From the NCBI RefSeq assembly GCF_050920415.1, contig NZ_CP169309.1: a stretch of DNA of 64,000 nucleotides. One strand, 5' to 3'. The translations under genes were made by a program, and so were the position numbers. Source of the DNA: Escherichia coli. GTDB taxonomy: Bacteria; Pseudomonadota; Gammaproteobacteria; Enterobacterales; Enterobacteriaceae. The number at the start of each line of letters is the position of its first letter. The first letter of the stretch is position 1. The notes beneath the pieces were generated by a model. The model did not search any database and was not told the DNA's origin. It was given only the letters and a program-made list of their open reading frames with translations. Of the stretch, positions 1-12,122 are shown piece by piece.

Positions 1-446
1 CGACACGTTCAAACGGCGTATCCGGCTCATCACCAGACGCGTTGGAGGCCAGGGCATAACCCAGATTGCCGAACAGATGCGGATATACCTTCGAGGCTGG
101 AAGTCCTACTTCCGGCTGGCACAAACCCCGAAGATATTCAAAGATCTGGATTCGTGGATACGTCACCGACTCCGGGCTATCCAGCTGAAGCACTGGCGCA
201 CGGGAACGACTGTCTATAATCGCCTCCGCAGTCTCGGGGCTACCCATGAGCAGGCCGCACTTATGGCAGGAGGCGCGGGGCACTGGTGGAGACACAGCGA
301 AGCTGGGCTGAACCGTATACTTACAGTCGACTACTTTGATGCTTTAGGTTTACCTCGACTCGCATAACCTCAACTTCTCGAACCGCCCGGTGCGGACCCG
401 CATGCCGGGTGGTGTGGCAGGGGCGCCGCCTTGTGCTGCCCCCTAT
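1..446 (+). mobile_element. 3' part of a bacterial group II intron (end of RT/maturase ORF, domain V, domain VI); the 5' part lies outside the window
   Basis: Frame open from pos 2 to the stop at 365-367, with a maturase-like tail (..RIYLRGWKSYFRLAQTP..). 382-413 folds as a textbook domain V: 9-bp lower helix, 2-nt bulge on the 3' strand, 4-bp upper helix, 4-nt loop. Short DVI-like helix at 417-439. The sequence ends ..CCCTAT at 446. Confidence 0.75.
2..367 (+). CDS. group II intron reverse transcriptase/maturase, C-terminal fragment (5' end cut by the window edge)
   Basis: Frame 2 is open from the window edge and the listed ORF 77-367 is its tail. LRGWxxYF-type motif typical of the intron maturase domain. 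Confidence 0.75.
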   Translation, partial: DTFKRRIRLITRRVGGQGITQIAEQMRIYLRGWKSYFRLAQTPKIFKDLDSWIRHRLRAIQLKHWRTGTTVYNRLRSLGATHEQAALMAGGAGHWWRHSEAGLNRILTVDYFDALGLPRLA

Positions 447-451
447 GCCGA

Positions 452-1123
452 TCAATAAACAGGTTGAATTAACTCCGCTCCCTGGTTTTTGACATTACCT
501 ACCGCGCGCGACACAGGGTGCCAGGTGAACTGGTTTGCTGGCACACAGCCACTGGTAGCGATTTCTGAGGCTTCTTTACCGCTAATCTCTTGCCGCATCC
601 ATTCCCGCGCAGTTTCTGGCGACAGTACCAGCGGGCGGCGGTCATGAATATCTACCAGGCCCTGGTCTGCTGCTGCAGTGACAATTAAAAATCCTTCGGC
701 CTCGTCACCGCGCTCAAACGGTGTGCTACCTATCGCGGCCATAAAAACAGGTTGTCCATCAGCGCGATAGATAAAATAAGGCTGTTTTTTGTCGCCTTCT
801 TTTTTCCACTCAAACCAGCCATCGGCAAAACAGATTGCCCGACCATGTTGCCAGAGCGGTTTAAACATACGACTGGTTGCCGCAGTTTCTACGCGGGCGT
901 TAATCAGCGGCGGTTTATCCCACCATCCGGGAGCATATCCCCAGAAAACCGGATCCAGATGAAGGTGTTCATCACGTTCACTGAGCAGAAGAACTTTGGT
1001 TCCCGGCGCGACGTTGTATCTGCCAATGGGTTCGGGATCGTAGGGAATATCGCGTTCAATATCTTCCGCGAGAAGCGCAAGGTAATCTTCACGCGTTTGG
1101 GATTGGGCAAAGCGTCCACACAT
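452..1123 (-). CDS. yedK: SRAP-family abasic-site processing protein YedK
   Basis: 223-aa ORF starting MCGRFAQ (catalytic Cys2 of the SRAP family). Matches K-12 YedK and the synteny with yedF/yedE. Confidence 0.9.
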   Translation of the reverse strand: MCGRFAQSQTREDYLALLAEDIERDIPYDPEPIGRYNVAPGTKVLLLSERDEHLHLDPVFWGYAPGWWDKPPLINARVETAATSRMFKPLWQHGRAICFADGWFEWKKEGDKKQPYFIYRADGQPVFMAAIGSTPFERGDEAEGFLIVTAAADQGLVDIHDRRPLVLSPETAREWMRQEISGKEASEIATSGCVPANQFTWHPVSRAVGNVKNQGAELIQPVY

Positions 1124-1231
1124 AGCAACCTCCTGAGATCACCCTGAAAAGAATAGGAGAGGGGGCGGGTAAAATCTATATGATACAGAGACAACGATGT
1201 TCCCGCTGTGGGACACAGCGGGAAGGAGGGA

Positions 1232-1465
1232 TTATTTCTGAATTAAATAACGAATGGTCGGCCCGTCTTGCTGAATATCCAGCACCGTATAGCCGTGATT
1301 ACGCGCATCCAGTGGAATATTATTGATCGACTGCGGACAGTCGCTCACCACTTCCAGGATCTCACCTTTTTTTAATTGCGGCATCGCCTCAAGGGTTGCA
1401 ACTGCCGGATAAGGGCAGGGTTCACCCACCATATCAAGGCGGTAATCAGGAACGATATTTTTCAT
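1232..1465 (-). CDS. yedF: TusA-like sulfurtransferase family protein YedF
   Basis: 77 aa with the CPxP motif (GEPCPYP). The 4-bp overlap with yedE matches K-12. Confidence 0.9.
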   Translation of the reverse strand: MKNIVPDYRLDMVGEPCPYPAVATLEAMPQLKKGEILEVVSDCPQSINNIPLDARNHGYTVLDIQQDGPTIRYLIQK

Positions 1466-2667
1466 GCGATCTCCTTAGCTGTCTGCGGTGCCGCATGGCG
1501 GAAGAAGCGTTTTTCCCAGCCGATAATCAACATCAGCGCAGCAAACAGCAGCAAATATGTCACCAGCAGGCCACCCATCGGGCCAAAGGTTTTCAGGAGG
1601 TTGATTTTGTCCCAGTCGGTGGCCAGCGCCGGAGCGAAATCATCCCAGTAATACGCCAGAATCGTTGAGCCGATCACATTGCCCAGACCGACCCACCAGT
1701 AGTGCACCTGGCCTTCTACCGCGCGGTACATCCAGCCGGTTTCGCAGCCGCCTGCCAGCACGATGCCAAATCCAAACAGCAAACCACCAATTACCGCGTT
1801 TGGTCCTGCCCACATGATTTTGGGTTCAACGCCTAACTGTACGTAACTTAAGATCCCGATGGCACTTACCGCCATACCGATAATGATTGCTTTCGCCATG
1901 TGGGTACGTCCGGTGATCCACATATCGCGGAACGCCGAAGTAAAGCAGATTTGCGCACGTTCAATCAGTAAACCAAAGCCGACGCCAAACAGCATTGCCA
2001 GCCCCAGTTTTGGTTGGTTCATCGCCGTCAGCAGCGCCCAGCCCAGCATGCCGAAAAAGACCAGCATCCCGAGACGAAAACGACGCCGCGCCTGATCCGG
2101 TTTTTGCGTCAGCGGTGAGGCGGCAGAAACTTTCTGCATTTTCACGGGAATACGGAAGATGGGCAGCAGGGTAAAGCGCGCGCCAAACCATGAACCAATG
2201 GCAGTGGCGATGGCAAAGAACCAGGCATGCAGCGAGAACTGAGGAATGCCGGTAAAGAACGCCGCCAGGTTACAGCCCATTGCCAGACGCGCGCCAAAAC
2301 CGGCGATAATGCCGCCAATGATGGCCTGCATAATGCGGATACGGCTGCGCGGCATGCGCAGTTTGACATTGTTGGCCCACAGCGCTGCAGCAAAGCAGCC
2401 GCCAAACATACCGAGGATCATCATTCCGTCGATGCGGGTTAATGGCGATCCTTCCAGATGAATAATTTTAAAATAACCCCACTCTTCAGCATGGACGCCA
2501 AACAGCTGCAAAAGCTGACCGCCCCAACGGGTAAATTCACCCGTGACTGCCCAAAAGGTGCCAGTGATGCCAAAATAGTAAGTGGAGAGAATACCCGCCG
2601 CGATGACCGCGGGGATGGGCGCCCAGAATTTAATCAACCAGGCGTGTTTGAATTGCTGCCATGACAT
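1462..2667 (-). CDS. yedE: YedE/FdhT-family inner membrane (selenium/sulfur compound) transporter
   Basis: 401-aa polytopic hydrophobic ORF; K-12 synteny. Confidence 0.9.
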   Translation of the reverse strand: MSWQQFKHAWLIKFWAPIPAVIAAGILSTYYFGITGTFWAVTGEFTRWGGQLLQLFGVHAEEWGYFKIIHLEGSPLTRIDGMMILGMFGGCFAAALWANNVKLRMPRSRIRIMQAIIGGIIAGFGARLAMGCNLAAFFTGIPQFSLHAWFFAIATAIGSWFGARFTLLPIFRIPVKMQKVSAASPLTQKPDQARRRFRLGMLVFFGMLGWALLTAMNQPKLGLAMLFGVGFGLLIERAQICFTSAFRDMWITGRTHMAKAIIIGMAVSAIGILSYVQLGVEPKIMWAGPNAVIGGLLFGFGIVLAGGCETGWMYRAVEGQVHYWWVGLGNVIGSTILAYYWDDFAPALATDWDKINLLKTFGPMGGLLVTYLLLFAALMLIIGWEKRFFRHAAPQTAKEIA

Positions 2668-2853
2668 GAATGTAGCCTCTGAACTCAGAAGGTTTGAAAC
2701 AAGAGTCGCGAATCATACATCAAACAAATTTATTTTCGGGGTAATAATTCACAAAAATAATAGTTAGATCAAATTTCTCTCTGAACCTGGAAAGGCTGGC
2801 GACATCAGGGCTTTAATGCCACAATCCTCTTTTCTTCTCATGCAGGACGAATG

Positions 2854-3267
2854 ATGAAAAAACTCGCAATTGCAGGCGCGCTCATGTTGCTGGCGGGCTG
2901 TGCCGAAGTCGAAAACTATAACAATGTCGTTAAAACCCCCGCGCCGGACTGGCTGGCGGGCTACTGGCAGACCAAAGGGCCGCAAAGTGCGCTGGTCAGT
3001 CCGGAAGCGATAGGCAGCCTGATTGTCACTAAAGAGGGCGATACCCTCGATTGCCGTCAGTGGCAGCGGGTGATTGCTGTGCCGGGTAAGTTGACATTGA
3101 TGTCTGATGATCTCACTAACGTTACCGTAAAACGTGAGCTGTACGAGGTTGAGCGTGAAGGTAACACCATTGAGTACGATGGAATGACGATGGAGCGTGT
3201 GGATCGTCCGACGGCAGAGTGTGCCGCTGCGCTGGATAAAGCGCCGTTACCGACGCCATTGCCGTAA
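2854..3267 (+). CDS. yedD: lipoprotein YedD
   Basis: MKKLAIAGALMLLAGC lipobox; 137 aa counted from the second Met of ORF 2851-3267. Confidence 0.85.
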   Translation: MKKLAIAGALMLLAGCAEVENYNNVVKTPAPDWLAGYWQTKGPQSALVSPEAIGSLIVTKEGDTLDCRQWQRVIAVPGKLTLMSDDLTNVTVKRELYEVEREGNTIEYDGMTMERVDRPTAECAAALDKAPLPTPLP

Positions 3268-3300
3268 TGAAATCTCCCCGGCTTGCCGCCGGGGATGAAT

Positions 3301-4788
3301 TTAAATCACCTCTTCGATAACCCACACGCTGACGCTGCCGCCGTTGCAAAAGAAGGTCGCTTCGCCGTTTTCGTCGGTTACTACACTTTCTTGCCGGTTC
3401 CCCAGAAAATCACGCCAGGTTTTATTGCCGTAATTCTCTCCTAAATGAATGGTTTTTTCGCCATCATCTCCGTTCGACATGACCACCACGCAGCCGGGAT
3501 ATTCGTCGGTGCCACTGCGGCTAAAGGCAATGCAGTTCGGATGGTCGAAAAATAACGTCTGTACACCGTGGGCGAAACGCTGACGGGCGAGAATTAATTC
3601 ATCAAGTTGTTCGATTATTGGCATATCTATCGGATAGGTTTGCCCGTCACCACCGACATCTTCGTAATGTGCACCGTAGAGATCCGGATAGAACACCGAA
3701 GGAACGCCATTTTCCCGCAACAAAATTAGGGCGTACGCCAGCGGTTTAAACCACGGTTCGACCGGCGCTTCGAGGGCTTGCAACGGTTGGGTGTCGTGGT
3801 TGGCAACGAGGGTTACGGCGTGAAAAGGATCGGCTTCCACAAGCGTCCCAGTGAAAATCTGCGTCATGTCGTAGTCGCGTCCCATGCGCGATGCTTCATG
3901 GAATTTCATCTGCAGCGGCGCATCGAACAGCATGGTTTTGCCTTCCACCTGATCAATATACGTTTGCAGCTTATCAACTTCATGCGACCAGTATTCCGCC
4001 ACAATAAACAGCGGCTTTGGCGCAACTTCCTGTACGTGTTCGATCCACTCTTTATAAAACCACGCCGGAATATGTTTGACCGCATCAAGACGAAAACCGT
4101 CGCATTGCGTTTGTTCCATCACCCAGCGCGCCCAGTATTTAATCTCTTCCGTCACGGCATGATTGCGAAAATCGATATTCTCGCCCATCAGGTAATCGAA
4201 ATTACCGAGTTCATCATCAACCTGATCGTTCCAGCCTTCGCCGGTGTAGTCGTTAACAATTTTAAAAATGCCATCTTCATCAGGATTTTCGATATGGTCG
4301 ATACCGCTAAAACATTTGAAATCCCAGATAAACTGTGAGTATTGCCCGGCACGGGCGGGGAAGGTGTAACGCGTCCAGCCTTCGCATTCAATGATTTCTT
4401 CATCAATTTGCGTACGGTCGTCAGCATTAACGCGCTGCACGCGAATAGCTTCTTTTTCATCCGCGCCCATTTTGTGATTGACTACCACGTCCAGCAGCAC
4501 CGCAATGTCATTACGTTTCAGGGCGTCAATGGCGGCCAGCAGTTGTGCTTTATCGCCATATTTAGTAGGGATGCTGCCTTTCTGATCAAACTCGCCTAAA
4601 TCAAATAAATCATAGGAGTCGTAGCCGACCGAATACCCGCCCGATGCGCCTTTATAGGCGGGCGGCAACCAGACCATATTGATACCAATATCATTAAAAC
4701 CGTCGGCGCGCTCGGCCAGTTCAGGCCAGAGCTTACCGCCTTCCGGGTAATACCAGTGAAAACATTGTAACAGCGTGGGATTACGCAT
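3301..4788 (-). CDS. amyA: cytoplasmic alpha-amylase (GH13)
   Basis: 495-aa [24 protein letters not shown].., with the GH13 motifs DVVVNH and GFRLDAVKH. Confidence 0.92.
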   Translation of the reverse strand: MRNPTLLQCFHWYYPEGGKLWPELAERADGFNDIGINMVWLPPAYKGASGGYSVGYDSYDLFDLGEFDQKGSIPTKYGDKAQLLAAIDALKRNDIAVLLDVVVNHKMGADEKEAIRVQRVNADDRTQIDEEIIECEGWTRYTFPARAGQYSQFIWDFKCFSGIDHIENPDEDGIFKIVNDYTGEGWNDQVDDELGNFDYLMGENIDFRNHAVTEEIKYWARWVMEQTQCDGFRLDAVKHIPAWFYKEWIEHVQEVAPKPLFIVAEYWSHEVDKLQTYIDQVEGKTMLFDAPLQMKFHEASRMGRDYDMTQIFTGTLVEADPFHAVTLVANHDTQPLQALEAPVEPWFKPLAYALILLRENGVPSVFYPDLYGAHYEDVGGDGQTYPIDMPIIEQLDELILARQRFAHGVQTLFFDHPNCIAFSRSGTDEYPGCVVVMSNGDDGEKTIHLGENYGNKTWRDFLGNRQESVVTDENGEATFFCNGGSVSVWVIEEVI

Positions 4789-4865
4789 TCTTCGACTCCA
4801 TTCAAGGGGAACATTAGAAGCGTAGCCGTAATCGGATTATTCGCGAGCCATCGGCTCGTTAAGAT

Positions 4866-5231
4866 TCAAAAGAGGTTATCCTGCGGAGCCAGCACAAAGC
4901 CGCCCTGATCGCCATAGGCACTTAACACCGATTTTTGCACTGATGACTGACCGACCAGTTTCGCCAGTTCATCCATCCGAATCTGCAATAACTGCTTTAC
5001 CCTGCTTTCGTTGTCGAGAATCAGGCGCAGCATCGGGCGGAGTTGCTCCTGCATCGTGGTGGACGGATCAATCTCTTCAGTCAGATGTGCAATCTCCTGC
5101 ACCGCATTCACATACGCCATTTCGCTGGCGATGAGTTCGTCCCATTGTTCTTCCGTTGCCAGGCGTAACATGAGCTGGCTTTTTTCGACGAGTTGTTGCC
5201 AGGCGAAATACAAATGCGGTGCATGGTTCAT
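4866..5231 (-). CDS. fliT: flagellar export chaperone / FlhDC antagonist FliT
   Basis: 121 aa in the fliDST operon position. Confidence 0.9.
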   Translation of the reverse strand: MNHAPHLYFAWQQLVEKSQLMLRLATEEQWDELIASEMAYVNAVQEIAHLTEEIDPSTTMQEQLRPMLRLILDNESRVKQLLQIRMDELAKLVGQSSVQKSVLSAYGDQGGFVLAPQDNLF

Positions 5232-5641
5232 CAGACTGGGTCCTGAATCAAAGAAGGGGAGAGTAAAGACTCTTTCCAGGCATCGGCAATATTGCGCATT
5301 AATGCTTCCACTTCTTCGACTGCGGAGACATCGTTGCGTAAATTGGCTTGCAGCAAGCGCCTGACCATATAGCTATAAAGAGCAATCAAGTTTTGGGTTA
5401 GTTCGTCTTTGCTCTCTTCATCAAGACTCACCTGCAGCCCGTTCTCAATGATGTTGATCGCTTTTGACAAAGAGACGCCTTTGCCTTGCTGATTGTTGTC
5501 CTGCATAAACAGGCGCGCTCTAACCAGTGCGCTCAGCACTCCATCAAATAGCATGGTGACCAGCTGCTGCTGGCTGGCGCTCATTACGGCGCTTTCGACG
5601 CCAATTTGTGCATAGGCCTGGGTGCCTTTTGCCGCGTACAT
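5231..5641 (-). CDS. fliS: flagellin-specific chaperone FliS
   Basis: 136 aa, [19 protein letters not shown].. Confidence 0.92.
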   Translation of the reverse strand: MYAAKGTQAYAQIGVESAVMSASQQQLVTMLFDGVLSALVRARLFMQDNNQQGKGVSLSKAINIIENGLQVSLDEESKDELTQNLIALYSYMVRRLLQANLRNDVSAVEEVEALMRNIADAWKESLLSPSLIQDPV

Positions 5642-5656
5642 AGTTTCTCCTGAAGA

Positions 5657-7072
5657 TTATTTCGAGTTGCTATTTGAGGTGTCGAACTGCTGTGTCAGAT
5701 AGCTACTGGTGGAGTTAAGCGAGTTCATTAACACATCTAATTGGGTGAACTGGGCTTTATAGCGCGTCATTAAGGTATCGATACGCTCACTGGCTGCGTT
5801 GTACTGGTCGGTCAAATTATTCAGCGTTTTGCTGACGCCATCTTTTGCGGCCTGGATTATCCCGGTGGAAGAGAGCCAACTGGTTAGGTTGCTACTAATG
5901 CCGGTGGTTACCCCTGTACTTTTACCGTCACCTATAAACATTTCACCGATGCCAGTGGCATCTTTTTTTAGCGCCGTTTGCAGTTTGTCGGTCGCGATTT
6001 CCAGCTTGCCGGTACTGGCATCGCTGGTAATGCCAATCTGTGCCAGCGTTTTATAGTTTGAACTGCTGTGAGTATTGGCGAGCAAGGTTTTAAGCTGAGT
6101 CTGGATGGTACGCAGTGTGGAGTCACCGAGTAATGCGCCATTGCTGGAGTCCTGACTCTCTGCTCCGGCATCGACAGCGGTGTATTTGGTTAAGCTGCTG
6201 AACGTATCCTGCAATGAGTTATAGGCATCCACCCACGCTTTAACCGCATTTTCAGCTTTGGATGTGTCTTTACTGATGGTCAGTGTCTGATTACCGGTGG
6301 TGACGTCATTCAGGTTGAGGGTGATATCTTCCAGCGCGTCGCTGATAGTGTTACTACTGTTTTCAATCTCAACGTTATTGACTGTCAGTTTGGCGTTTTG
6401 CGCAGTGACGCTTTCAATCATGCCATTGCTGCTATCACCCGACGTTCCGTTGTAACCCATAAAACTTTCCAGGGCGCTGTCGCCGCTGACGCTAAGATTC
6501 ATAGCGTTATCGCTGCCCGTATCGTTAGCGGTGATGGACAGACGATATTCGCCGTTTCCCACATTGATGATACTGGCGCTGACACCAGCTTTGGCGTTGT
6601 TAATGGCATCGCGAATGCCGGAAAGTGACGAGTTACCCGCGCTGATATCAATCGTGACCGGATCTTTACCGCCGCCTTGTTGGATGGTCAGTACGCTATC
6701 GCTGGTGGCGATGGCGGCTTTACTGTCTTTTTGACTATTTTTTGTTGTCAGCGTCTGTGCCTGCGCCAGTTGGCTAACGCTAATGGTGTATTTCCCGGCA
6801 ATCGCGCTGCCCGTGGTGGTGGCGCTGAAAGCCGATGAACTGCTGGTGGTTGAGGTGGCGGTAAATAAATCGGCTTTATTCAGTGCTGTGTTGGCTGTCT
6901 GGAAACTCTCTAGTGCACTTTTCAGCGTCCCGTAGGCGCTCAGTTTCGCGGTGTAAGAGCTTTGCTGTTTTGATATCGGCGTCAGGGTAGATTTTTCTGC
7001 CGCCTCCAGACTGTCAAGGATGCTGCTTAAGTCCAGCCCCGACCCAACCCCAAGCGTTGAAATACTAGCCAT
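5657..7072 (-). CDS. fliD: flagellar filament cap protein FliD
   Basis: 471 aa, MASISTLGVGSGLDLSSILDSL.. Confidence 0.9.
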   Translation of the reverse strand: MASISTLGVGSGLDLSSILDSLEAAEKSTLTPISKQQSSYTAKLSAYGTLKSALESFQTANTALNKADLFTATSTTSSSSAFSATTTGSAIAGKYTISVSQLAQAQTLTTKNSQKDSKAAIATSDSVLTIQQGGGKDPVTIDISAGNSSLSGIRDAINNAKAGVSASIINVGNGEYRLSITANDTGSDNAMNLSVSGDSALESFMGYNGTSGDSSNGMIESVTAQNAKLTVNNVEIENSSNTISDALEDITLNLNDVTTGNQTLTISKDTSKAENAVKAWVDAYNSLQDTFSSLTKYTAVDAGAESQDSSNGALLGDSTLRTIQTQLKTLLANTHSSSNYKTLAQIGITSDASTGKLEIATDKLQTALKKDATGIGEMFIGDGKSTGVTTGISSNLTSWLSSTGIIQAAKDGVSKTLNNLTDQYNAASERIDTLMTRYKAQFTQLDVLMNSLNSTSSYLTQQFDTSNSNSK

Positions 7073-7114
7073 ATAAATTCCTTAATCATGCGACGTATAG
7101 AACGAATACCGGGG

Positions 7115-7141
7115 TTATCGGCGTAAGCGGGGCAAAGTTTA
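7115..7141 (-). promoter_or_regulatory. sigma28 (FliA) class 3 promoter of fliDST
   Basis: The minus strand reads TAAACTTT-N11-GCCGATAA, matching the consensus TAAAGTTT-N11-GCCGATAA. Confidence 0.8.
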
Positions 7142-7214
7142 CGATTTATTTTTTGGCTTAATGACACGAACAGCAACGAGGAAGGGGAGTATTTCGACCG
7201 CTAGAAAAAAATTC

Positions 7215-7241
7215 TAAAGGTTGTGAGTGACCAGACGATAA
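7215..7241 (+). promoter_or_regulatory. sigma28 class 3 promoter of fliC
   Basis: TAAAGGTT-N11-GACGATAA, about 77 nt upstream of the fliC ATG. Confidence 0.8.
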
Positions 7242-7317
7242 CAGGGTTGACGGCGACGAAGCCGAAGGGTGGAAGCCCAATACTTAAACCGTAGACTTGA
7301 AAACAGGAAAATGAATC

Positions 7318-8649
7318 ATGGCACAAGTCATTAATACCAACAGCCTCTCGCTGATCACTCAGAACAACATCAACAAAAACCAGTCTGCGCTGTCGACTTC
7401 TATCGAGCGCCTCTCTTCTGGTCTGCGCATTAACAGCGCTAAAGATGACGCTGCGGGCCAGGCGATTGCTAACCGCTTCACTTCTAACATCAAAGGTCTG
7501 ACTCAGGCCGCACGTAACGCCAACGACGGTATCTCTCTGGCGCAGACCACTGAAGGCGCACTGTCTGAAATCAACAACAACTTGCAGCGTGTTCGTGAAC
7601 TGACCGTTCAGGCCACTACCGGTACTAACTCTGATTCTGACCTATCTTCAATCCAGGACGAAATCAAATCCCGTCTCGATGAAATTGACCGCGTATCCGG
7701 TCAGACTCAGTTCAACGGCGTTAATGTTCTTTCCAAAGATGGTTCAATGAAAATTCAGGTTGGTGCGAATGATGGTCAAACTATCTCCATCGATCTGAAG
7801 AAAATTGATTCTTCAACTTTGGGGCTGAATGGCTTCTCAGTTTCTAAAAACTCTCTTAATGTCAGCAATGCTATCACATCTATCCCGCAAGACGCTGGCG
7901 ATAAACCTGTTGATGTTAACTTTGGTACTACTACTGAGTCTGCAGCAATTGCAGCTAAATTGGGTGTATCCGATACGTCAAGCCTGTCGCTGCACAACAT
8001 TCTTGATAAAGATGGTAAGGCAACAGCTGATTATGTTGTTCAGTCAGGTAAAGACTTCTATGCTGCTTCTGTTGATGCCGCTTCAGGTAAAGTAACCTTA
8101 AACACCATTAATGTTACTTATGATGATTATGCGAACGGTGTTGACGATGCCAAGCAAACAGGTCAGCTGATCAAAGTTTCAGCAGATAAAGACGGCGCAG
8201 CTCAAGGTTTCGTCACACTTCAAGGCAAAAACTATTCTGCTGGTGATGCGGCAGTCATTCTTAAGAATGGAGCAACAAGTCTTGAGTTAACTGATCTGAA
8301 TTTAAGTGATGTTACTGATACTAATGGTAAGGTAACCACAACTGCGACTGAGCAATTTGAAGGTGCTTCAACTGAGGATCCGCTGGCGCTTCTGGATAAA
8401 GCTATTGCATCAGTCGACAAATTCCGGTCTTCTCTAGGTGCCGTGCAGAACCGTCTCGATTCCGCTATCACCAACCTGAACAACACCACCACCAACCTGT
8501 CTGAAGCGCAGTCCCGTATTCAGGACGCCGACTATGCGACCGAAGTGTCCAACATGTCGAAAGCGCAGATTATTCAGCAGGCAGGCAACTCCGTGCTGTC
8601 TAAAGCGAACCAGGTACCGCAGCAAGTTCTGTCACTGTTACAAGGCTAA
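7318..8649 (+). CDS. fliC: flagellin (non-K-12 H serotype; conserved N/C termini, divergent centre)
   Basis: 443 aa, from MAQVINTNSLSLITQNNINKNQSAL.. to ..QVPQQVLSLLQG. Confidence 0.95.
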   Translation: MAQVINTNSLSLITQNNINKNQSALSTSIERLSSGLRINSAKDDAAGQAIANRFTSNIKGLTQAARNANDGISLAQTTEGALSEINNNLQRVRELTVQATTGTNSDSDLSSIQDEIKSRLDEIDRVSGQTQFNGVNVLSKDGSMKIQVGANDGQTISIDLKKIDSSTLGLNGFSVSKNSLNVSNAITSIPQDAGDKPVDVNFGTTTESAAIAAKLGVSDTSSLSLHNILDKDGKATADYVVQSGKDFYAASVDAASGKVTLNTINVTYDDYANGVDDAKQTGQLIKVSADKDGAAQGFVTLQGKNYSAGDAAVILKNGATSLELTDLNLSDVTDTNGKVTTTATEQFEGASTEDPLALLDKAIASVDKFRSSLGAVQNRLDSAITNLNNTTTNLSEAQSRIQDADYATEVSNMSKAQIIQQAGNSVLSKANQVPQQVLSLLQG

Positions 8650-8667
8650 TGGCCTTAACCTGCCTGA

Positions 8668-8691
8668 CCCCGCCACCGGCGGGGTTTTTTC
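8668..8691 (+). terminator. rho-independent terminator after fliC
   Basis: CCCCGCC-ACC-GGCGGGG hairpin followed by T6. Confidence 0.85.
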
Positions 8692-8812
8692 TGTCCGCAA
8701 TTTACTGGTAACCCCCAAATAACCCCTCATTTCACCCACTAATCGTCCGATTAAAAACCCTGCAGAAACGGATAATCATGCCGATAACTCATATAACGCA
8801 GGGCTGTTTATC

Positions 8813-9532
8813 GTGAATTCACTCTATACCGCTGAAGGTGTAATGGATAAACACTCGCTGTGGCAGCGTTATGTCCCGCTGGTGCGTCACGAAGCATTGC
8901 GCCTGCAGGTTCGACTGCCCGCGAGCGTGGAACTTGACGATCTGCTACAGGCGGGCGGCATTGGGTTACTTAATGCCGTCGAACGCTATGACGCCCTACA
9001 AGGAACGGCATTTACAACTTACGCAGTGCAGCGTATCCGTGGCGCTATGCTGGATGAACTTCGCAGCCGTGACTGGGTGCCGCGCAGCGTGCGACGCAAC
9101 GCGCGTGAAGTGGCACAGGCAATAGGGCAACTGGAGCAGGAACTTGGCCGCAACGCCACGGAAACTGAGGTAGCGGAACGTTTAGGGATCGATATTGCCG
9201 ACTATCGCCAAATGTTGCTCGACACCAATAACAGCCAGCTCTTCTCCTACGATGAGTGGCGCGAAGAGCACGGCGATAGTATCGAACTGGTTACTGATGA
9301 TCATCAGCGAGAAAACCCGCTACAACAACTGCTGGACAGTAATCTGCGCCAGCGGGTGATGGAAGCTATCGAAACGTTGCCGGAGCGCGAAAAACTGGTA
9401 TTAACCCTCTATTACCAGGAAGAGCTGAATCTCAAAGAGATTGGTGCGGTGCTGGAGGTCGGGGAATCGCGGGTCAGTCAGTTACATAGTCAGGCCATTA
9501 AACGGTTACGCACTAAACTGGGTAAGTTATAA
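8813..9532 (+). CDS. fliA: flagellar sigma factor sigma28
   Basis: 239 aa with a GTG start (VNSLYTAEGVMDKHSLWQRY..). Confidence 0.95.
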   Translation: MNSLYTAEGVMDKHSLWQRYVPLVRHEALRLQVRLPASVELDDLLQAGGIGLLNAVERYDALQGTAFTTYAVQRIRGAMLDELRSRDWVPRSVRRNAREVAQAIGQLEQELGRNATETEVAERLGIDIADYRQMLLDTNNSQLFSYDEWREEHGDSIELVTDDHQRENPLQQLLDSNLRQRVMEAIETLPEREKLVLTLYYQEELNLKEIGAVLEVGESRVSQLHSQAIKRLRTKLGKL

Positions 9533-9577
9533 CGTCAGTAAATGCCGCACTTTAATTTTGACTACCGGGAGTTCTTA

Positions 9578-10129
9578 ATGATGGTGCAGCACCTGAAAAG
9601 ACGGCCATTAAGCCGCTATCTTAAAGACTTTAAACACAGCCAGACCCATTGCGCGCATTGCCGTAAATTACTCGATCGCATTACCCTCGTTCGCGACGGC
9701 AAAATAGTGAATAAAATCGAGATTTCCCGCCTGGACACGCTGCTTGATGAAAATGGCTGGCAAGTGGAACAAAAATCATGGGCGGCATTGTGCCGATTCT
9801 GCGGTGATTTACATTGCAAAACACAGAGTGATTTTTTCGATATTATCGGCTTTAAGCAATTTCTTTTTGAGCAAACTGAAATGAGCCCAGGTACGGTGCG
9901 TGAATATGTCGTTCGTCTGCGCCGTTTGGGTAATCATCTTCACGAGCAAAATATTTCCCTCGATCAGCTGCAGGACGGTTTCCTTGATGAAATCCTCGCC
10001 CCGTGGCTGCCCACTACCAGCACCAACAATTACCGCATTGCGTTACGGAAGTATCAACACTATCAGCGTCAAACGTGTACCGGACTTGTGCAGAAATCCA
10101 CCAGCCTGCCTGCTTCTGATATATATTAA
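9578..10129 (+). CDS. fliZ: regulator FliZ
   Basis: 183 aa counted from MMVQHLKRRPLSRYLKDFK; the listed ORF starts 36 nt upstream. Confidence 0.9.
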   Translation: MMVQHLKRRPLSRYLKDFKHSQTHCAHCRKLLDRITLVRDGKIVNKIEISRLDTLLDENGWQVEQKSWAALCRFCGDLHCKTQSDFFDIIGFKQFLFEQTEMSPGTVREYVVRLRRLGNHLHEQNISLDQLQDGFLDEILAPWLPTTSTNNYRIALRKYQHYQRQTCTGLVQKSTSLPASDIY

Positions 10130-10216
10130 ATAAGAATAAGATGTAGCGGAGTTGTTTTTGTGTTTACAAACAATGGCTCTACACTGCAAACAGACATAAC
10201 AACATTCGGGGTGAAT

Positions 10217-12108
<1,892 letters not shown>

Positions 12109-12122
12109 CTCCGGAAACGCTC

